This document shows, piece after piece, positions 31,959-41,498 of a stretch of 64,000 bases of DNA (within the stretch, counting starts at the first letter, position 1; every line of letters begins with the position of its first letter). Below the pieces are notes generated by a model. That model did no database searches. It had not been told where the DNA came from and saw only the letters and a program-made list of their open reading frames with translations. The DNA comes from Candidatus Wildermuthbacteria bacterium (lineage in GTDB: Bacteria > Patescibacteriota > Minisyncoccia > Minisyncoccales > UBA10102): positions 72,983 through 136,982 of the forward strand of contig JACPMK010000002.1 in NCBI GenBank assembly GCA_016186115.1, given 5' to 3'. A program made the translations under genes and the position numbers.

Positions 31959-33656
31959 TTACGTTCCATGATCAGGAAAAATTTCATAGTAATCAATGAT
32001 ATATTGAGCAAGTTGCTTAAAGAGCGGAACCGCAGAATACTCTGCGGTTTTTGCTTGGGGATTGTCAAGTTTCACGAGGATCAGAAAACGCGGTTCAAAT
32101 GCTGGCGCATATCCCACGAATGATTGAATCGTTTGGTCGGAATACCCTTTCTTGGGGATTCCCAGCGCAGCCCACGAAACCTGCGCAGTGCCTGTTTTGC
32201 CGGCAATGTAATAGCCAGGAACTCGCGCTGCTTTTCCATATCCATTTTCTGTTACACTCGTGAGCATTGCACTGATTTGCGAGGCGGTCTTTGAAGAAAT
32301 CACCTGTGCTTCTTTCGATTGATCGGGCACAAGGGATTTGGCCTGCCCGTCTGGAGCAATCAGGCGTTCTCCTATAAATGGTTTCATGGGTTTTCCCTCA
32401 TTGGCGAATACGCCGTATGCCCTTGCCAGCTGAAGAGGTGTAAGTTCAACACCTTGCCCGAACGAAGCAGTCGCAAGGGTAATTTCGTATCCTTTTTTGA
32501 GTTCTTTATTTTGAGAAAAAATCTCTGCCACAAGATCAATCCCTGTCTCCTTGAAAATTCCAAAACGCTTGAGATAATTGAGAAAATTCTTTCCGCCCAG
32601 TTGCTGCTGCGCGAACACAGCGCCTGTGTTGATGGAATATTCAAGAACTTCTGTCATCGTTCTTGTATTCCATACGCGGTTGTCGTAGTTTGAAATTTCC
32701 TTGTCCCCTATTTGTACGGTCCCGGTGTCGATATACGTTGTCTGGGGAGTGAGTTTTCCCATATCAATTGCCGCTGCCATGGTCACTGGTTTGAATACAG
32801 AGCCGGGTTCATAGATTCTTTGGTGAGTAGAATTCTGAAAAAAAGAAAAGTCCTTTACTTTCGAGTATTCATTTGGATCAAATTCTGGAGTATTTGCGAG
32901 CGCTCGGATTTTCCCCGTGTTGGGCTCCAACACCAATACGGTGCCTCCGGTGATATGGAGCGTTTCCGTTGCTTGCTCAAGAAGCGATTCTGCAAACGCT
33001 TGGACATTTGGGTCGATAGTGAGAACGATGTCAGAACCGTCCTCGGCGGTATTGGAAAAAAGAGAAAACAGGTAACCGGCTGGAGTCCTGAAGACGGTTT
33101 TGATGCCTTCTTTGCCCCCAAGAACAGCGTCATAGTATTCTTCTATTCCATATTGTCCTTGACCATCCTGATTGACGAACCCTGTCACATGGGAAGCAAA
33201 CGCTCCATACGGATAATAGCGTTTTATTTCGGTTCCCAGTTCGATTCCTTTGAGATTTGCATTTTTGATCTTCTGCTCTTCTTCGGAAGAGAGGTTCTTT
33301 TTAAGTACAACAAAATTTTCTCCGCGAAAAATGTTGTTTTCAATTTCTTGGGCATCGAGCGCGAGTATTTCAGCAAGCTGCGCGCTTGTTGCTTTTATGT
33401 CTTGAATGTTTGAGGGGATTGCGTAAGCAAAAGGAAGCTCATGGTTCGTAGCAAGTACATAGAGGCGGCCATCCTTATCTTGAGCGTAGATATCGCCTCT
33501 TTCTCCTTTGGTCGTAGAGCCGATATTCCTTTGGCCTTGGGCTAAGGCAAGATAGAATCCATGATCAATAATTTGTAAAAAAATTAAACGGCCGAGGAGA
33601 GCCGATCCAAAAAGAACCAGTATCCCTAAAAGAAAAATACTTCTCCAGCCCTTCAT
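31959..33656 (-). CDS. ftsI: Penicillin-binding protein 2 / FtsI-type transpeptidase
   Basis: An N-terminal TM is followed by SVFK (SxxK), SIN (SxN) and KTGTA. It sits in dcw context. Confidence 0.85.
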   Translation of the reverse strand: MKGWRSIFLLGILVLFGSALLGRLIFLQIIDHGFYLALAQGQRNIGSTTKGERGDIYAQDKDGRLYVLATNHELPFAYAIPSNIQDIKATSAQLAEILALDAQEIENNIFRGENFVVLKKNLSSEEEQKIKNANLKGIELGTEIKRYYPYGAFASHVTGFVNQDGQGQYGIEEYYDAVLGGKEGIKTVFRTPAGYLFSLFSNTAEDGSDIVLTIDPNVQAFAESLLEQATETLHITGGTVLVLEPNTGKIRALANTPEFDPNEYSKVKDFSFFQNSTHQRIYEPGSVFKPVTMAAAIDMGKLTPQTTYIDTGTVQIGDKEISNYDNRVWNTRTMTEVLEYSINTGAVFAQQQLGGKNFLNYLKRFGIFKETGIDLVAEIFSQNKELKKGYEITLATASFGQGVELTPLQLARAYGVFANEGKPMKPFIGERLIAPDGQAKSLVPDQSKEAQVISSKTASQISAMLTSVTENGYGKAARVPGYYIAGKTGTAQVSWAALGIPKKGYSDQTIQSFVGYAPAFEPRFLILVKLDNPQAKTAEYSAVPLFKQLAQYIIDYYEIFPDHGT

Positions 33657-33671
33657 ATTGGTTCAGGAGAA

Positions 33672-33998
33672 TTAATTATTGCTGGGATTGCTGGTTTTTG
33701 CAACAGAGGTTTCTTCTATACGAAGGTAGCTTACACGGTCGATCCGTTGCAAGCCCAAAGAATAGGCGACTTCATCCGATTTTCTCAACGAGGAGTTCTT
33801 CAGAGAGGAAGAACTTAATGTTTTATTCGCTTGGCTCATCGTGCGAAGCGTTTGCTCTTTGCCTGCAATTTGATAGGCAAGTTTTGTCAGGTCATTGACC
33901 TGAAAAATATAGGTTGCGGCAAGAACGCCAACCAGTAGAGCGATGCCGCAGATAAAAATTTTCAATTTGATATGACGGTTTCTTTTGTGGCGGGCCAT
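33672..33998 (-). CDS. FtsL-like single-pass membrane protein
   Basis: It lies between rsmH and ftsI, has one TM (IFICGIALLVGVLAATYIF) and then a coiled segment. Confidence 0.45.
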   Translation of the reverse strand: MARHKRNRHIKLKIFICGIALLVGVLAATYIFQVNDLTKLAYQIAGKEQTLRTMSQANKTLSSSSLKNSSLRKSDEVAYSLGLQRIDRVSYLRIEETSVAKTSNPSNN

Positions 33999-34002
33999 GG
34001 GT

Positions 34003-34914
34003 TTATAATTTCTTTGCTGCTCTCAATTTTGCTGATCTTGCTCGACGATTTTTTTGGAGTTCTTCAAAAGATGGGATGATTGGTTTTTTCGTAAGAATTT
34101 CGATCGATTGAGTATTGTGGAAAAAATTCTTTACGATCCGGTCTTCGAGAGAATGAAAGGAGATCACGACGATTCTTCCCTCCCTTTCAAGGATATCGAT
34201 TGCCTGCGGAAGGGTTTGCTCGAGCGATTCGAGCTCATTGTTGACTGCGATACGGAGCGCTTGAAAGGTTTTTGTTGCAAAGTGTAGCCGTTCTCTTCGG
34301 TACCAGCCGGGAACTGCCTTGGTGATGATTTCGAGCAGCCGTGCGGTAGTGAGAATTTCCTTTTTTGCTCCGGGTTTATATTGTATTCTGGATTCACAAA
34401 TTTTCTCGGCAATATTCTTTGCAAATTTTTCTTCCCCGTATTCTCGTAGGATGCGCTCTAAGTCATGTTTATTCCAGTAGTTGACAATTTTTGCTGCGGT
34501 CAGAGGATTCCGGGTATCAAAGCGCATATCAAGCGGCTCTGTTTTTTTGAAAGAAAATCCCCTTCCGCTTTCTTCTAGCTGCATCGATGACATGCCCAAA
34601 TCTAGGAGAATGCCGTGTACCGGAGAAAATTTCTGCTCTTTTACGATCTCTTTTAATTGTGAAAAGTTCTTCTGGACGAGAATAACCCGTTTTTCGTGCC
34701 CGTTCTTGGCAATGTTTTCCTTGGCGTGCCCTAGTGCCTCTTTATCAAGATCTATCCCCAGTACTCGCCCCTTCGGTCCATTGCGTTCGAGAATCGCAAT
34801 GGTATGGCCGGCCTGACCAACAGTACAATCAATAAAATTTTCATTGGGATTGGGATGGAGACACTCGATCACCTTTTGGGTAAGAACTGGAGTGTGTTTT
34901 GCGTGTATATCCAT
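34003..34914 (-). CDS. rsmH: 16S rRNA (cytosine1402-N4)-methyltransferase
   Basis: HTPVL, DCTVGQAGH and DLGMSSMQL are present. I set the start at ATG 34914, 1 nt after the mraZ stop. Confidence 0.9.
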   Translation of the reverse strand: MDIHAKHTPVLTQKVIECLHPNPNENFIDCTVGQAGHTIAILERNGPKGRVLGIDLDKEALGHAKENIAKNGHEKRVILVQKNFSQLKEIVKEQKFSPVHGILLDLGMSSMQLEESGRGFSFKKTEPLDMRFDTRNPLTAAKIVNYWNKHDLERILREYGEEKFAKNIAEKICESRIQYKPGAKKEILTTARLLEIITKAVPGWYRRERLHFATKTFQALRIAVNNELESLEQTLPQAIDILEREGRIVVISFHSLEDRIVKNFFHNTQSIEILTKKPIIPSFEELQKNRRARSAKLRAAKKL

Positions 34915-34915
34915 G

Positions 34916-35347
34916 TTAGATACCCAATTCACGAAGGCGCTCCGCGATATTTCCAGCTTCTTTCTCCGCTGTTTCTTTATAGGTAGTCCATTTTGCCTCG
35001 TCCCATATTTCGATTCGGTTGTATACCCCTGCTACCACCACCTTTTTTTGCAAGGAGGCGTACCCCTTGAGATAATCGGGAATAAGAATTCTTCCCAGCC
35101 CATCAATCGGCGCTTCCATTGCTCCAGTGAGCATAAGTCGTGCAAATCCTCGTGCGTCAGCTTGCGCTAAAGGCAGCTGGCTTAATTTCTTTGCCAATAC
35201 CTGCCACTCTTTTTCTGAATATAAAAACAAACACTGATCAAGTCCGCGGGTAATAATTGCTTTCTTCGTTAAAAGCTTGCGGAATTTCGGGGGCACCGCG
35301 AGTCGTTTTTTTTCATCGATCGAATAAGTGTATTCTCCAATGAACAT
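34916..35347 (-). CDS. mraZ: Transcriptional regulator MraZ
   Basis: MFIGEYTYSIDEKKRLAVPPKFR plus a second SpoVT-AbrB repeat. Confidence 0.9.
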   Translation of the reverse strand: MFIGEYTYSIDEKKRLAVPPKFRKLLTKKAIITRGLDQCLFLYSEKEWQVLAKKLSQLPLAQADARGFARLMLTGAMEAPIDGLGRILIPDYLKGYASLQKKVVVAGVYNRIEIWDEAKWTTYKETAEKEAGNIAERLRELGI

Positions 35348-35376
35348 AGGAGTTTTCCCCCATAGGGGTTATTTAT

Positions 35377-35402
35377 CCCCACTTTTTTCCACAATTACCC
35401 AC
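35377..35402 (-). promoter_or_regulatory. Three MraZ-box-like direct repeats at exact 10-bp phasing
   Basis: Minus sense reads GTGGGtaatt GTGGAaaaaa GTGGGgataa. The array lies between the promoter and the mraZ ATG. Confidence 0.6.
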
Positions 35403-35411
35403 TACACTTTC

Positions 35412-35440
35412 ACTATACTCCACCCCTCTACCCGAGTCAA
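35412..35440 (-). promoter_or_regulatory. Candidate dcw (mraZ) promoter
   Basis: TTGACT-N17-TATAGT. Confidence 0.6.
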
Positions 35441-35505
35441 CCACTATTTATCCACAAAAAAACAGCTTAAATAAGCTTATTTTTATACGGCGATTTTTTT
35501 ATTCC

Positions 35506-38091
35506 CTAGGAGCGGATTGTTATGCTAAAATCGGTTGCATCAACTTCTGCACCCATGCCTCGTTGCAGAGTGCCGTTGAGTAGGGCAACAGCAAATGCAT
35601 CCTCCACTTTATCTTGAATCACTCTCCGCATATCTCGCGCTCCAAATCTCGGGTCGTATCCCAGTTCAGCTATTTTTTCTATCAATGCATCAGTAACCAC
35701 AAAATCTACTCCTTTGTTTTTCAGATTTTTCTTTAAGCTCGAAAGCATTAATCGCGCAATATCGAGCAGATTCTCTTTCGTGAGTGGTCGGAAAAGAATG
35801 ACGCCGTCAAATCTGTTGAGAAACTCCGGCCTGTAGACCCCTTCTTTGAAAAGGAAATCGAGCATTTCTTCTTTAAGCGTAGCAAAATCCTTTTTTTCTT
35901 TAATGGCCTGAAGAATCAATTGAAATCCCGCATTACTTGTTGCAATAATCATTGCATTGCGGAAATCAACTCTTCTTCCCATGCCATCGGTCACATGACC
36001 TTCGTCGAGAATTTGCAGAAAAAGATTCAGAATATTCGTATGTGCCTTTTCCAGTTCGTCCAATAGAATAAGGGCAAAGGGATTTTTGCGAATTGCGGTA
36101 GTCAGGAGCCCTTCCTCTCCTTCGACGCCAAGAAGTCGCGGGATATCAGTCGTATTTTGGAATTCTGACATATCAAGCCGGATCATCCGGTCTTCCGATC
36201 CAAAGTAAAGAGCGGCAAGCGCTTTTGCTGTTTCTGTTTTTCCAACGCCGGTTGGCCCAAGAAAAAGAAAACTTCCCATGGGTCCTTTTCTTGTCGCAAC
36301 TTCTGCCCGTGCCCTCCGCAGCGCAGAGGCAATCTCTTCTACTGCTTTTTCCTGATTGACGATGCGTTTGTGAATGAGTTCTTCCAAATTCAGCAATGTT
36401 GTCCGTTCTTTTGTTTGAAGTTCTCCAACGGGAATTTGTGTTTTTTCGGTCACGAGCTGCGCAATATCTTCGCCAAGAAGCACTTTCTTTTTCGTACGCG
36501 CAAGGCGATTCAGCGCATCATCAAGAAGATCAACCGCCTTCTTGGGAAGCGGAGCTGTTTGGATGTAACGCATAGAATAAGAAAGCACGGTTTTCAAAGC
36601 GGGATAAGAAACAAAGCGATTGTATTTTGTTTCCAGGAACGGCACCATTTCTTCCAAAGAGAGGAACGCTTCTTCTTCGCTGATCTCATTGATCTGGATA
36701 ATTTCAAAGTTAGAAAGGAACGCAGGATCTTGCTCGAGTTGTCGGTAAAGTCCGGAAAAAGTCGTAAGTGCAATAACCGGCATTAACGAAGAACGCAGTG
36801 GTTCAGCCAATAAACCCGTAATATCGATTTTCCCGGGCGTCCGTTCCCCGCTATTTTTTGAATTGCCAACAAAATTATGCAATCCATCGATCATAAGAAT
36901 AACATTTTTGGCTTTTTCTGCTTCATATAGTATTTGATGCAGTGTGGATTCCACGCTTTCGGTATTTTGCATGGAAGAAATAAGAAAGGCAAGATCAAGT
37001 TGTACAATGCGTTTGTAGTTTAGTGAAGCGTTTTGGCATTCGCCAAGCGCAATTTTCGAGGCAAGGTCAAGAACAAGTCGCTCCTTTCCAACGCCCGATT
37101 CCCCCACCAGCAACACATTATTCCCTCGAGTTTTTGCAAGGATTGCTTCGAGCGCATCTTTCTCTTTGTCGTGACCGATTGCGCGAGGAAAATTTTGCCG
37201 TCGGACCTGTTTTGTTAACTCTCGGGAAAAAAGATCGAGAGTAATGGTGTACGCATGAGCCCATTCTCTCCCAATGGTTCCATAGCGTTTCAGATTTCTG
37301 GGAAGCAGTGTATTTTTTTCTTTTGCGATGGTTTCGGCAATAATGCGATACCAATGCGCCATACGAAATATGTCACTGCTGGTAAGATCATATGCGATGA
37401 GTAGATCGTTGAATTGCTTGTTGCGTTCTGCAAGGGCTTCAAGCATATCCTCAACTTCTATAAGAGAGTGATTGCGAGTATGAGCCAATTGCAGGGCGTA
37501 GCGAAGAGCCACTTCAAAATCATCGGAATAGAATGAAGTGGTTTGTTCCCTTGGTTCCCGTCCCAGCTCTTCTTGAATGCTTTTCAAAAATTCTTGCCGG
37601 GGTAAAAGCGCTCTTGTAAAAGCAAATTGAATATCTCTATTCTTTTTGAGCAAAGCGTAGAGCAGGAGGAGCGGAGTGACTTGTTCGATACGATTTTTCT
37701 TGGCATGGGTTATTGCAAATTTTGCAGATTGGAGCATGTCAAAAGAAAGAAGAACTGCAAGATTTTCTGCCGAAACTGTTACAGTGGCGTCTATTTCCCG
37801 ATGCGCGAGAGCGATTCCAAATGAACCCGAAAGAAAAAGGATTAATCCGACAGCAAGCAGAAGAAGAGTAATGCCAAGAATTCTTTGCAACGTATGTTCC
37901 GCAATGAAGTTGTCTTGGGCAAAGAAATCGATAATAAAGAGCGCAAAGAAAATAGCCGCGCTTAATCCTGCAATCCGCAGTGTCATCCTTTTGAGTGTTT
38001 GCAAGAAAGGAAACTTGATCCAATCCTGAAACCACACCGCGTTGTAAAACGGTGACTTGGTAATATCAAACGAAAAGGAGGGTGATGCCAT
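35506..38091 (-). CDS. Clp/Hsp100-family AAA+ protein with an N-terminal membrane domain and a degenerate first ATPase module
   Basis: NBD2 is canonical (GPTGVGKTETAKALA and LILLDELEKAH). NBD1 reads GESGVGKERLV and ILMIDGLH. The first ~110 aa contain 2-3 hydrophobic helices. Confidence 0.8.
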   Translation of the reverse strand: MASPSFSFDITKSPFYNAVWFQDWIKFPFLQTLKRMTLRIAGLSAAIFFALFIIDFFAQDNFIAEHTLQRILGITLLLLAVGLILFLSGSFGIALAHREIDATVTVSAENLAVLLSFDMLQSAKFAITHAKKNRIEQVTPLLLLYALLKKNRDIQFAFTRALLPRQEFLKSIQEELGREPREQTTSFYSDDFEVALRYALQLAHTRNHSLIEVEDMLEALAERNKQFNDLLIAYDLTSSDIFRMAHWYRIIAETIAKEKNTLLPRNLKRYGTIGREWAHAYTITLDLFSRELTKQVRRQNFPRAIGHDKEKDALEAILAKTRGNNVLLVGESGVGKERLVLDLASKIALGECQNASLNYKRIVQLDLAFLISSMQNTESVESTLHQILYEAEKAKNVILMIDGLHNFVGNSKNSGERTPGKIDITGLLAEPLRSSLMPVIALTTFSGLYRQLEQDPAFLSNFEIIQINEISEEEAFLSLEEMVPFLETKYNRFVSYPALKTVLSYSMRYIQTAPLPKKAVDLLDDALNRLARTKKKVLLGEDIAQLVTEKTQIPVGELQTKERTTLLNLEELIHKRIVNQEKAVEEIASALRRARAEVATRKGPMGSFLFLGPTGVGKTETAKALAALYFGSEDRMIRLDMSEFQNTTDIPRLLGVEGEEGLLTTAIRKNPFALILLDELEKAHTNILNLFLQILDEGHVTDGMGRRVDFRNAMIIATSNAGFQLILQAIKEKKDFATLKEEMLDFLFKEGVYRPEFLNRFDGVILFRPLTKENLLDIARLMLSSLKKNLKNKGVDFVVTDALIEKIAELGYDPRFGARDMRRVIQDKVEDAFAVALLNGTLQRGMGAEVDATDFSITIRS

Positions 38092-38470
38092 AAAAAATAC
38101 TTACTGCAATAACAATGGGCAGAAAAAACCATAGGAGCAGTATCGCCATTCCTCCGAGTACTAAAATTATTTCTGCAAAAATCCCAAGACCAATAAGAGA
38201 GCCGCGTACTCCAGCTCCAATCCAGCGCGAGATGATGTTGGAGCCGGCAACATAGAGAAAATCTCCCGGATCAAATCCTCTTTTTCTTTGCCATCGGATT
38301 TGTTTCCAGGGGGCAAAGAATGTTCGCAAGAGCACTCCAAGGGAAAAATATTCCAGATTAAAAAGGAGAACTGTTTTCCAATTTTTGAGAATTCTCAAGG
38401 GCGCTTTCAGAAAAAACCACTGGAGAAATTGGAGAAAAAGGATTGCTGCCATTGGGCTATTGTAGCACAC
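38066..38470 (-). CDS. Hypothetical polytopic membrane protein (134 aa)
   Basis: This hydrophobic ORF overlaps the Clp-like start by 26 nt. ATG 38452 is an alternative start. Confidence 0.5.
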   Translation of the reverse strand: MCYNSPMAAILFLQFLQWFFLKAPLRILKNWKTVLLFNLEYFSLGVLLRTFFAPWKQIRWQRKRGFDPGDFLYVAGSNIISRWIGAGVRGSLIGLGIFAEIILVLGGMAILLLWFFLPIVIAVSIFYGITLLFV

Positions 38471-38473
38471 TTT

Positions 38474-39352
38474 CTATCTGTTTGCGTACGCCTCTACCTG
38501 AAGGAGTTCTGGGATAGTGAGAAAAGTATATCCTTGATTTTTGAGTTCGTGGATGATTTGAGGAAGCGCCTGGACAGTGGGAAGCCGGTTGTCTCCCCCA
38601 TCGTGAAGATCAATGATAGCTCCAGGATGCACTCGCGCCAGAATATCCTGTGTGATCCATTGCGGAGTTACTTTGAGGTCTTCATAGTCGTTAGTCATTG
38701 CGCTCCATGTGATAATCGTGAAACCGAAATCTTCAATATTCTTAGTTGTTTCTTTGTTGCAGGCGCCGTATGGCGGCCTCATGAGTAAAGGTCGTTCCTC
38801 TGTGATGCGCTTGATTAATCCAGCGGTCTTTTCCATCTCCTCTTCTCTTTCGAGTTTTGACAGCGTGCGCAAATCACGGTGAGAAAAACTGTGTACTCCA
38901 ACAATATGGCCATCTTGAGTCATGCGGCCAATCAGCCGTTCTTCAGTCGGTGCAATTTCATTTCCCACCACAAAAAAAGTTGCCCTCACCTGTTCTTTTT
39001 GGAGAATATCGAGAATTTCGCTTGTATAAATTCCATTGGGGCCGTCATCGAATGTGAGCGCAACGACTTTTTCTTGGGTATCTCGTTTGTTGATCCCTTG
39101 GCATGCTTCCATTGCCGCATATTCTCTTAAGACATCGGGCTTTTCCTCGCCAATGAGCAGCGTTTTTTCGGCAAGAGAAAAATTGAGAGGAGCCGCAGGT
39201 AAGTCGTTTGATACAAAGGCCGCCTGAATAGTCTCGCCTTGGAAATTGAAATGTGCTTGTGTCGTAATCCAAAAAAGAAATCCGGGCGTCAAAGCTATGC
39301 TGATGCCAATGAGAAAAGAGAAAAACTGTTGGTACCAATACATTCCATACAC
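38474..39352 (-). CDS. Polysaccharide deacetylase (CE4, PgdA-like)
   Basis: An N-terminal TM is followed by ALTFDDGPN, HSFSHRDL and the usual LMRPPYG segment. Confidence 0.85.
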   Translation of the reverse strand: MYGMYWYQQFFSFLIGISIALTPGFLFWITTQAHFNFQGETIQAAFVSNDLPAAPLNFSLAEKTLLIGEEKPDVLREYAAMEACQGINKRDTQEKVVALTFDDGPNGIYTSEILDILQKEQVRATFFVVGNEIAPTEERLIGRMTQDGHIVGVHSFSHRDLRTLSKLEREEEMEKTAGLIKRITEERPLLMRPPYGACNKETTKNIEDFGFTIITWSAMTNDYEDLKVTPQWITQDILARVHPGAIIDLHDGGDNRLPTVQALPQIIHELKNQGYTFLTIPELLQVEAYANR

Positions 39353-39393
39353 TATACCATATCGTTAGAGCTCTCCCCTGTGGAAAACTGAAA

Positions 39394-39470
39394 TGGTGGG
39401 CGGCATTGGACTCGAACCAATGACCTTTGCAATGTGAATGCAACGCTCTAACCAGCTGAGCTAGCCGCCC
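39394..39470 (-). tRNA. tRNA-Val (CAC), CCA encoded
   Basis: Hand fold: acceptor GGGCGGC/GCCGCCC, D arm GCTC-AGCTGGTTA-GAGC, anticodon arm TTGCA-TTCACAT-TGCAA, T arm ATTGG-TTCGAGT-CCAAT, then ACCA. Confidence 0.93.
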
Positions 39471-39508
39471 GTATCGTAGCTTTCTGTACAATGTAATCTA
39501 GCAAATTT

Positions 39509-39536
39509 TTGTGATGTTGGCAACGAGTGATATAAT
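39509..39536 (+). promoter_or_regulatory. Candidate promoter giving a near-leaderless mRNA for the 637-aa gene
   Basis: TTGTGA-N16-TATAAT, with the ATG only 9 nt after the -10. Confidence 0.45.
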
Positions 39537-39545
39537 TGAGTAACA

Positions 39546-41459
39546 ATGAAGATTTTTGAGTTTTATTTTAATCCCAAGCAAGAGAAAGACAGATTGCTGG
39601 CTACTTTTTCTTTTGAACCAAAAAGCGCCAAGGAAAGAAAAAGAGGGAACATGTATTTCGTGGGAGAGATTCAGAATGCGCTTCCTTCTCATGCTCGCTT
39701 GCTCAAACAATTAGCCCTTGTTATCCGCAAGGAATATTATTCGTTTTCTTTCTCTGCAACAAAAAAGGAAAAAAACAAGATTCATATTGAGCAGGCATTG
39801 CAAGCCGCGCTCAAGGAGGCAAACGAATTCTTGCGAACGGAAACAAAAAATGGAAACGTGCATTGGCTTGGCAATATTCATATTGCAGTTCTCGTGATAT
39901 TGCCTGAGGGCGAAAGCAATTATCTTTTTTACTTTGCCACCTGCGGAACAATGAATATCTGGATTGCGCGGCATGGCCAGCTGACCGATGTAGGCAAAAC
40001 CTTAGAGCACACAAAAGACGATGACCCCCTCAAAGTATTCGGAGGCATAGCCATTGGCAAGATTATGCCGCGGGATAGAGTATTGGTATTTACTCGTGAG
40101 ACCTTTCATGTGTTTTCCAAAGAGAAGCTCTCCAAAGAGCTTATTCAGCTGGGAACCGAAAAGCAGCTCAAGCAGTTTTTTCAAAAAAAAGAGAAAAAAC
40201 TCAAAAGCGCGAAAGGGATTCTTCTTTTTCTGATTGCGGAAGATATTTTTTTTGCCAAAGCAGAAGCCCAGAAGAAAAAGAGACACGGTCCCCTTTTCGC
40301 ATGGAATGAAAAGCTTAAATTTTTGCAATTAAAAGAGAAAGTTCGTTTTTCTTTTCATTCTCCAGTCCGGCTTTCTGGAAGGCAAAAAATTCTTCTTGCG
40401 CTTCCCTTGATTCTTCTTCTTTTCGCCGGGATTGTACGCTGGCAATTCAATGGGTCTTCCGAAGCTCCTCAAACAAAAGAAATCCGTAGCCAATTAGAAA
40501 AATATCTGCAGGATGCGGATAATGCGATGATCTTTAAGGATCAGGAATATGCCATGGGTTTGTTTAAACAAGCCCAGCAGCTGCTCGATTCCTACAAAAG
40601 AGACAACGGAGTATTGCCAGCGGAGCTTGCTTCCTATGAGGAGAAAATTATAGGCAAGATTTACGGGTTTTATCTGATTGAGGAGATGTCGAACGCCCAG
40701 GTATTTTTCCAGGTCCCCGACTCTGCTTCTGTGTATTCGAATATTATTTTCCAACCACCCTATTTGTATTTGTACAGCAAGGAAACATCGCAAATGGGGG
40801 TAATTTCTCTTTCCGATCAAACATTCAGACAAGTCGCTCTTGAAGCAAAAATGCTCGAGGGGATTCCGTTCCATGGCACCGCGCTCTTTTTTGCAGAGCC
40901 CAATATCCTTTTACAATTCAATGGCGATAGTCTTATAAAAAAAGTTGCACTAGAGCTTCCGGAATCTCCATTTCAACTAGGCGCTATGGCAGAGTACGAA
41001 AGTGCGCTTTACATGATTAATTCCCTTTCCGGATCAATTATCAAATACGAGAATCCTCTCAAGGGAAACGCCAAGCCAATTGCATGGCTTCGTTTTTCAA
41101 CGCAAGAAAAGCCGCGGGGAGCGGTTTTGCTTGCGATTGATGCCCATCTATGGATAGTGATTTCGCCTTATACTCTTCAGCAATACTATAAAGGAGAGTA
41201 TCGAAAAGAGATTCAGATCGATACGTTCCCTGTTCTCGAAAATATTTCCGGGATTATTGCAAAAAAGGATCTCCCCCATCTCTACCTTCTTGAGAAAGCA
41301 AAGAAACGGATTCTTGTTCTTTCAAAAACAGGAGAAATGATCAAACAAATTCATGGTGAACAATTTCGTGATCTCAAAGATATTGCAGTATCTGATGATG
41401 GTCAATCTCTTTATCTGTTCGACAGTGCAACGATTTACCGAATTCCCATTACTCGATAA
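39546..41459 (+). CDS. Hypothetical 637-aa protein: PPM-like N-domain lacking catalytic Asp residues, central TM, C-terminal repeat-rich domain
   Basis: This is a long clean ORF with a TM at ILLALPLILLLFAGIV. The PPM-like reading rests only on pattern spacing and is weak. Confidence 0.7.
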   Translation: MKIFEFYFNPKQEKDRLLATFSFEPKSAKERKRGNMYFVGEIQNALPSHARLLKQLALVIRKEYYSFSFSATKKEKNKIHIEQALQAALKEANEFLRTETKNGNVHWLGNIHIAVLVILPEGESNYLFYFATCGTMNIWIARHGQLTDVGKTLEHTKDDDPLKVFGGIAIGKIMPRDRVLVFTRETFHVFSKEKLSKELIQLGTEKQLKQFFQKKEKKLKSAKGILLFLIAEDIFFAKAEAQKKKRHGPLFAWNEKLKFLQLKEKVRFSFHSPVRLSGRQKILLALPLILLLFAGIVRWQFNGSSEAPQTKEIRSQLEKYLQDADNAMIFKDQEYAMGLFKQAQQLLDSYKRDNGVLPAELASYEEKIIGKIYGFYLIEEMSNAQVFFQVPDSASVYSNIIFQPPYLYLYSKETSQMGVISLSDQTFRQVALEAKMLEGIPFHGTALFFAEPNILLQFNGDSLIKKVALELPESPFQLGAMAEYESALYMINSLSGSIIKYENPLKGNAKPIAWLRFSTQEKPRGAVLLAIDAHLWIVISPYTLQQYYKGEYRKEIQIDTFPVLENISGIIAKKDLPHLYLLEKAKKRILVLSKTGEMIKQIHGEQFRDLKDIAVSDDGQSLYLFDSATIYRIPITR

Positions 41460-41493
41460 AACAAAACAGCCCCTTTTGAAGGGCTGTTTTGTT
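41460..41493. terminator. Bidirectional intrinsic terminator
   Basis: The 13-bp stem AACAAAACAGCCC/GGGCTGTTTTGTT has A/T runs on both sides. It sits between convergent genes. Confidence 0.75.
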
Positions 41494-41498
41494 CACGG

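Noticed and set aside
39045-39491. ORF-track 148-aa ORF on the minus strand.
   Set aside because: It contains tRNA-Val and overlaps the CE4 deacetylase gene out of frame.
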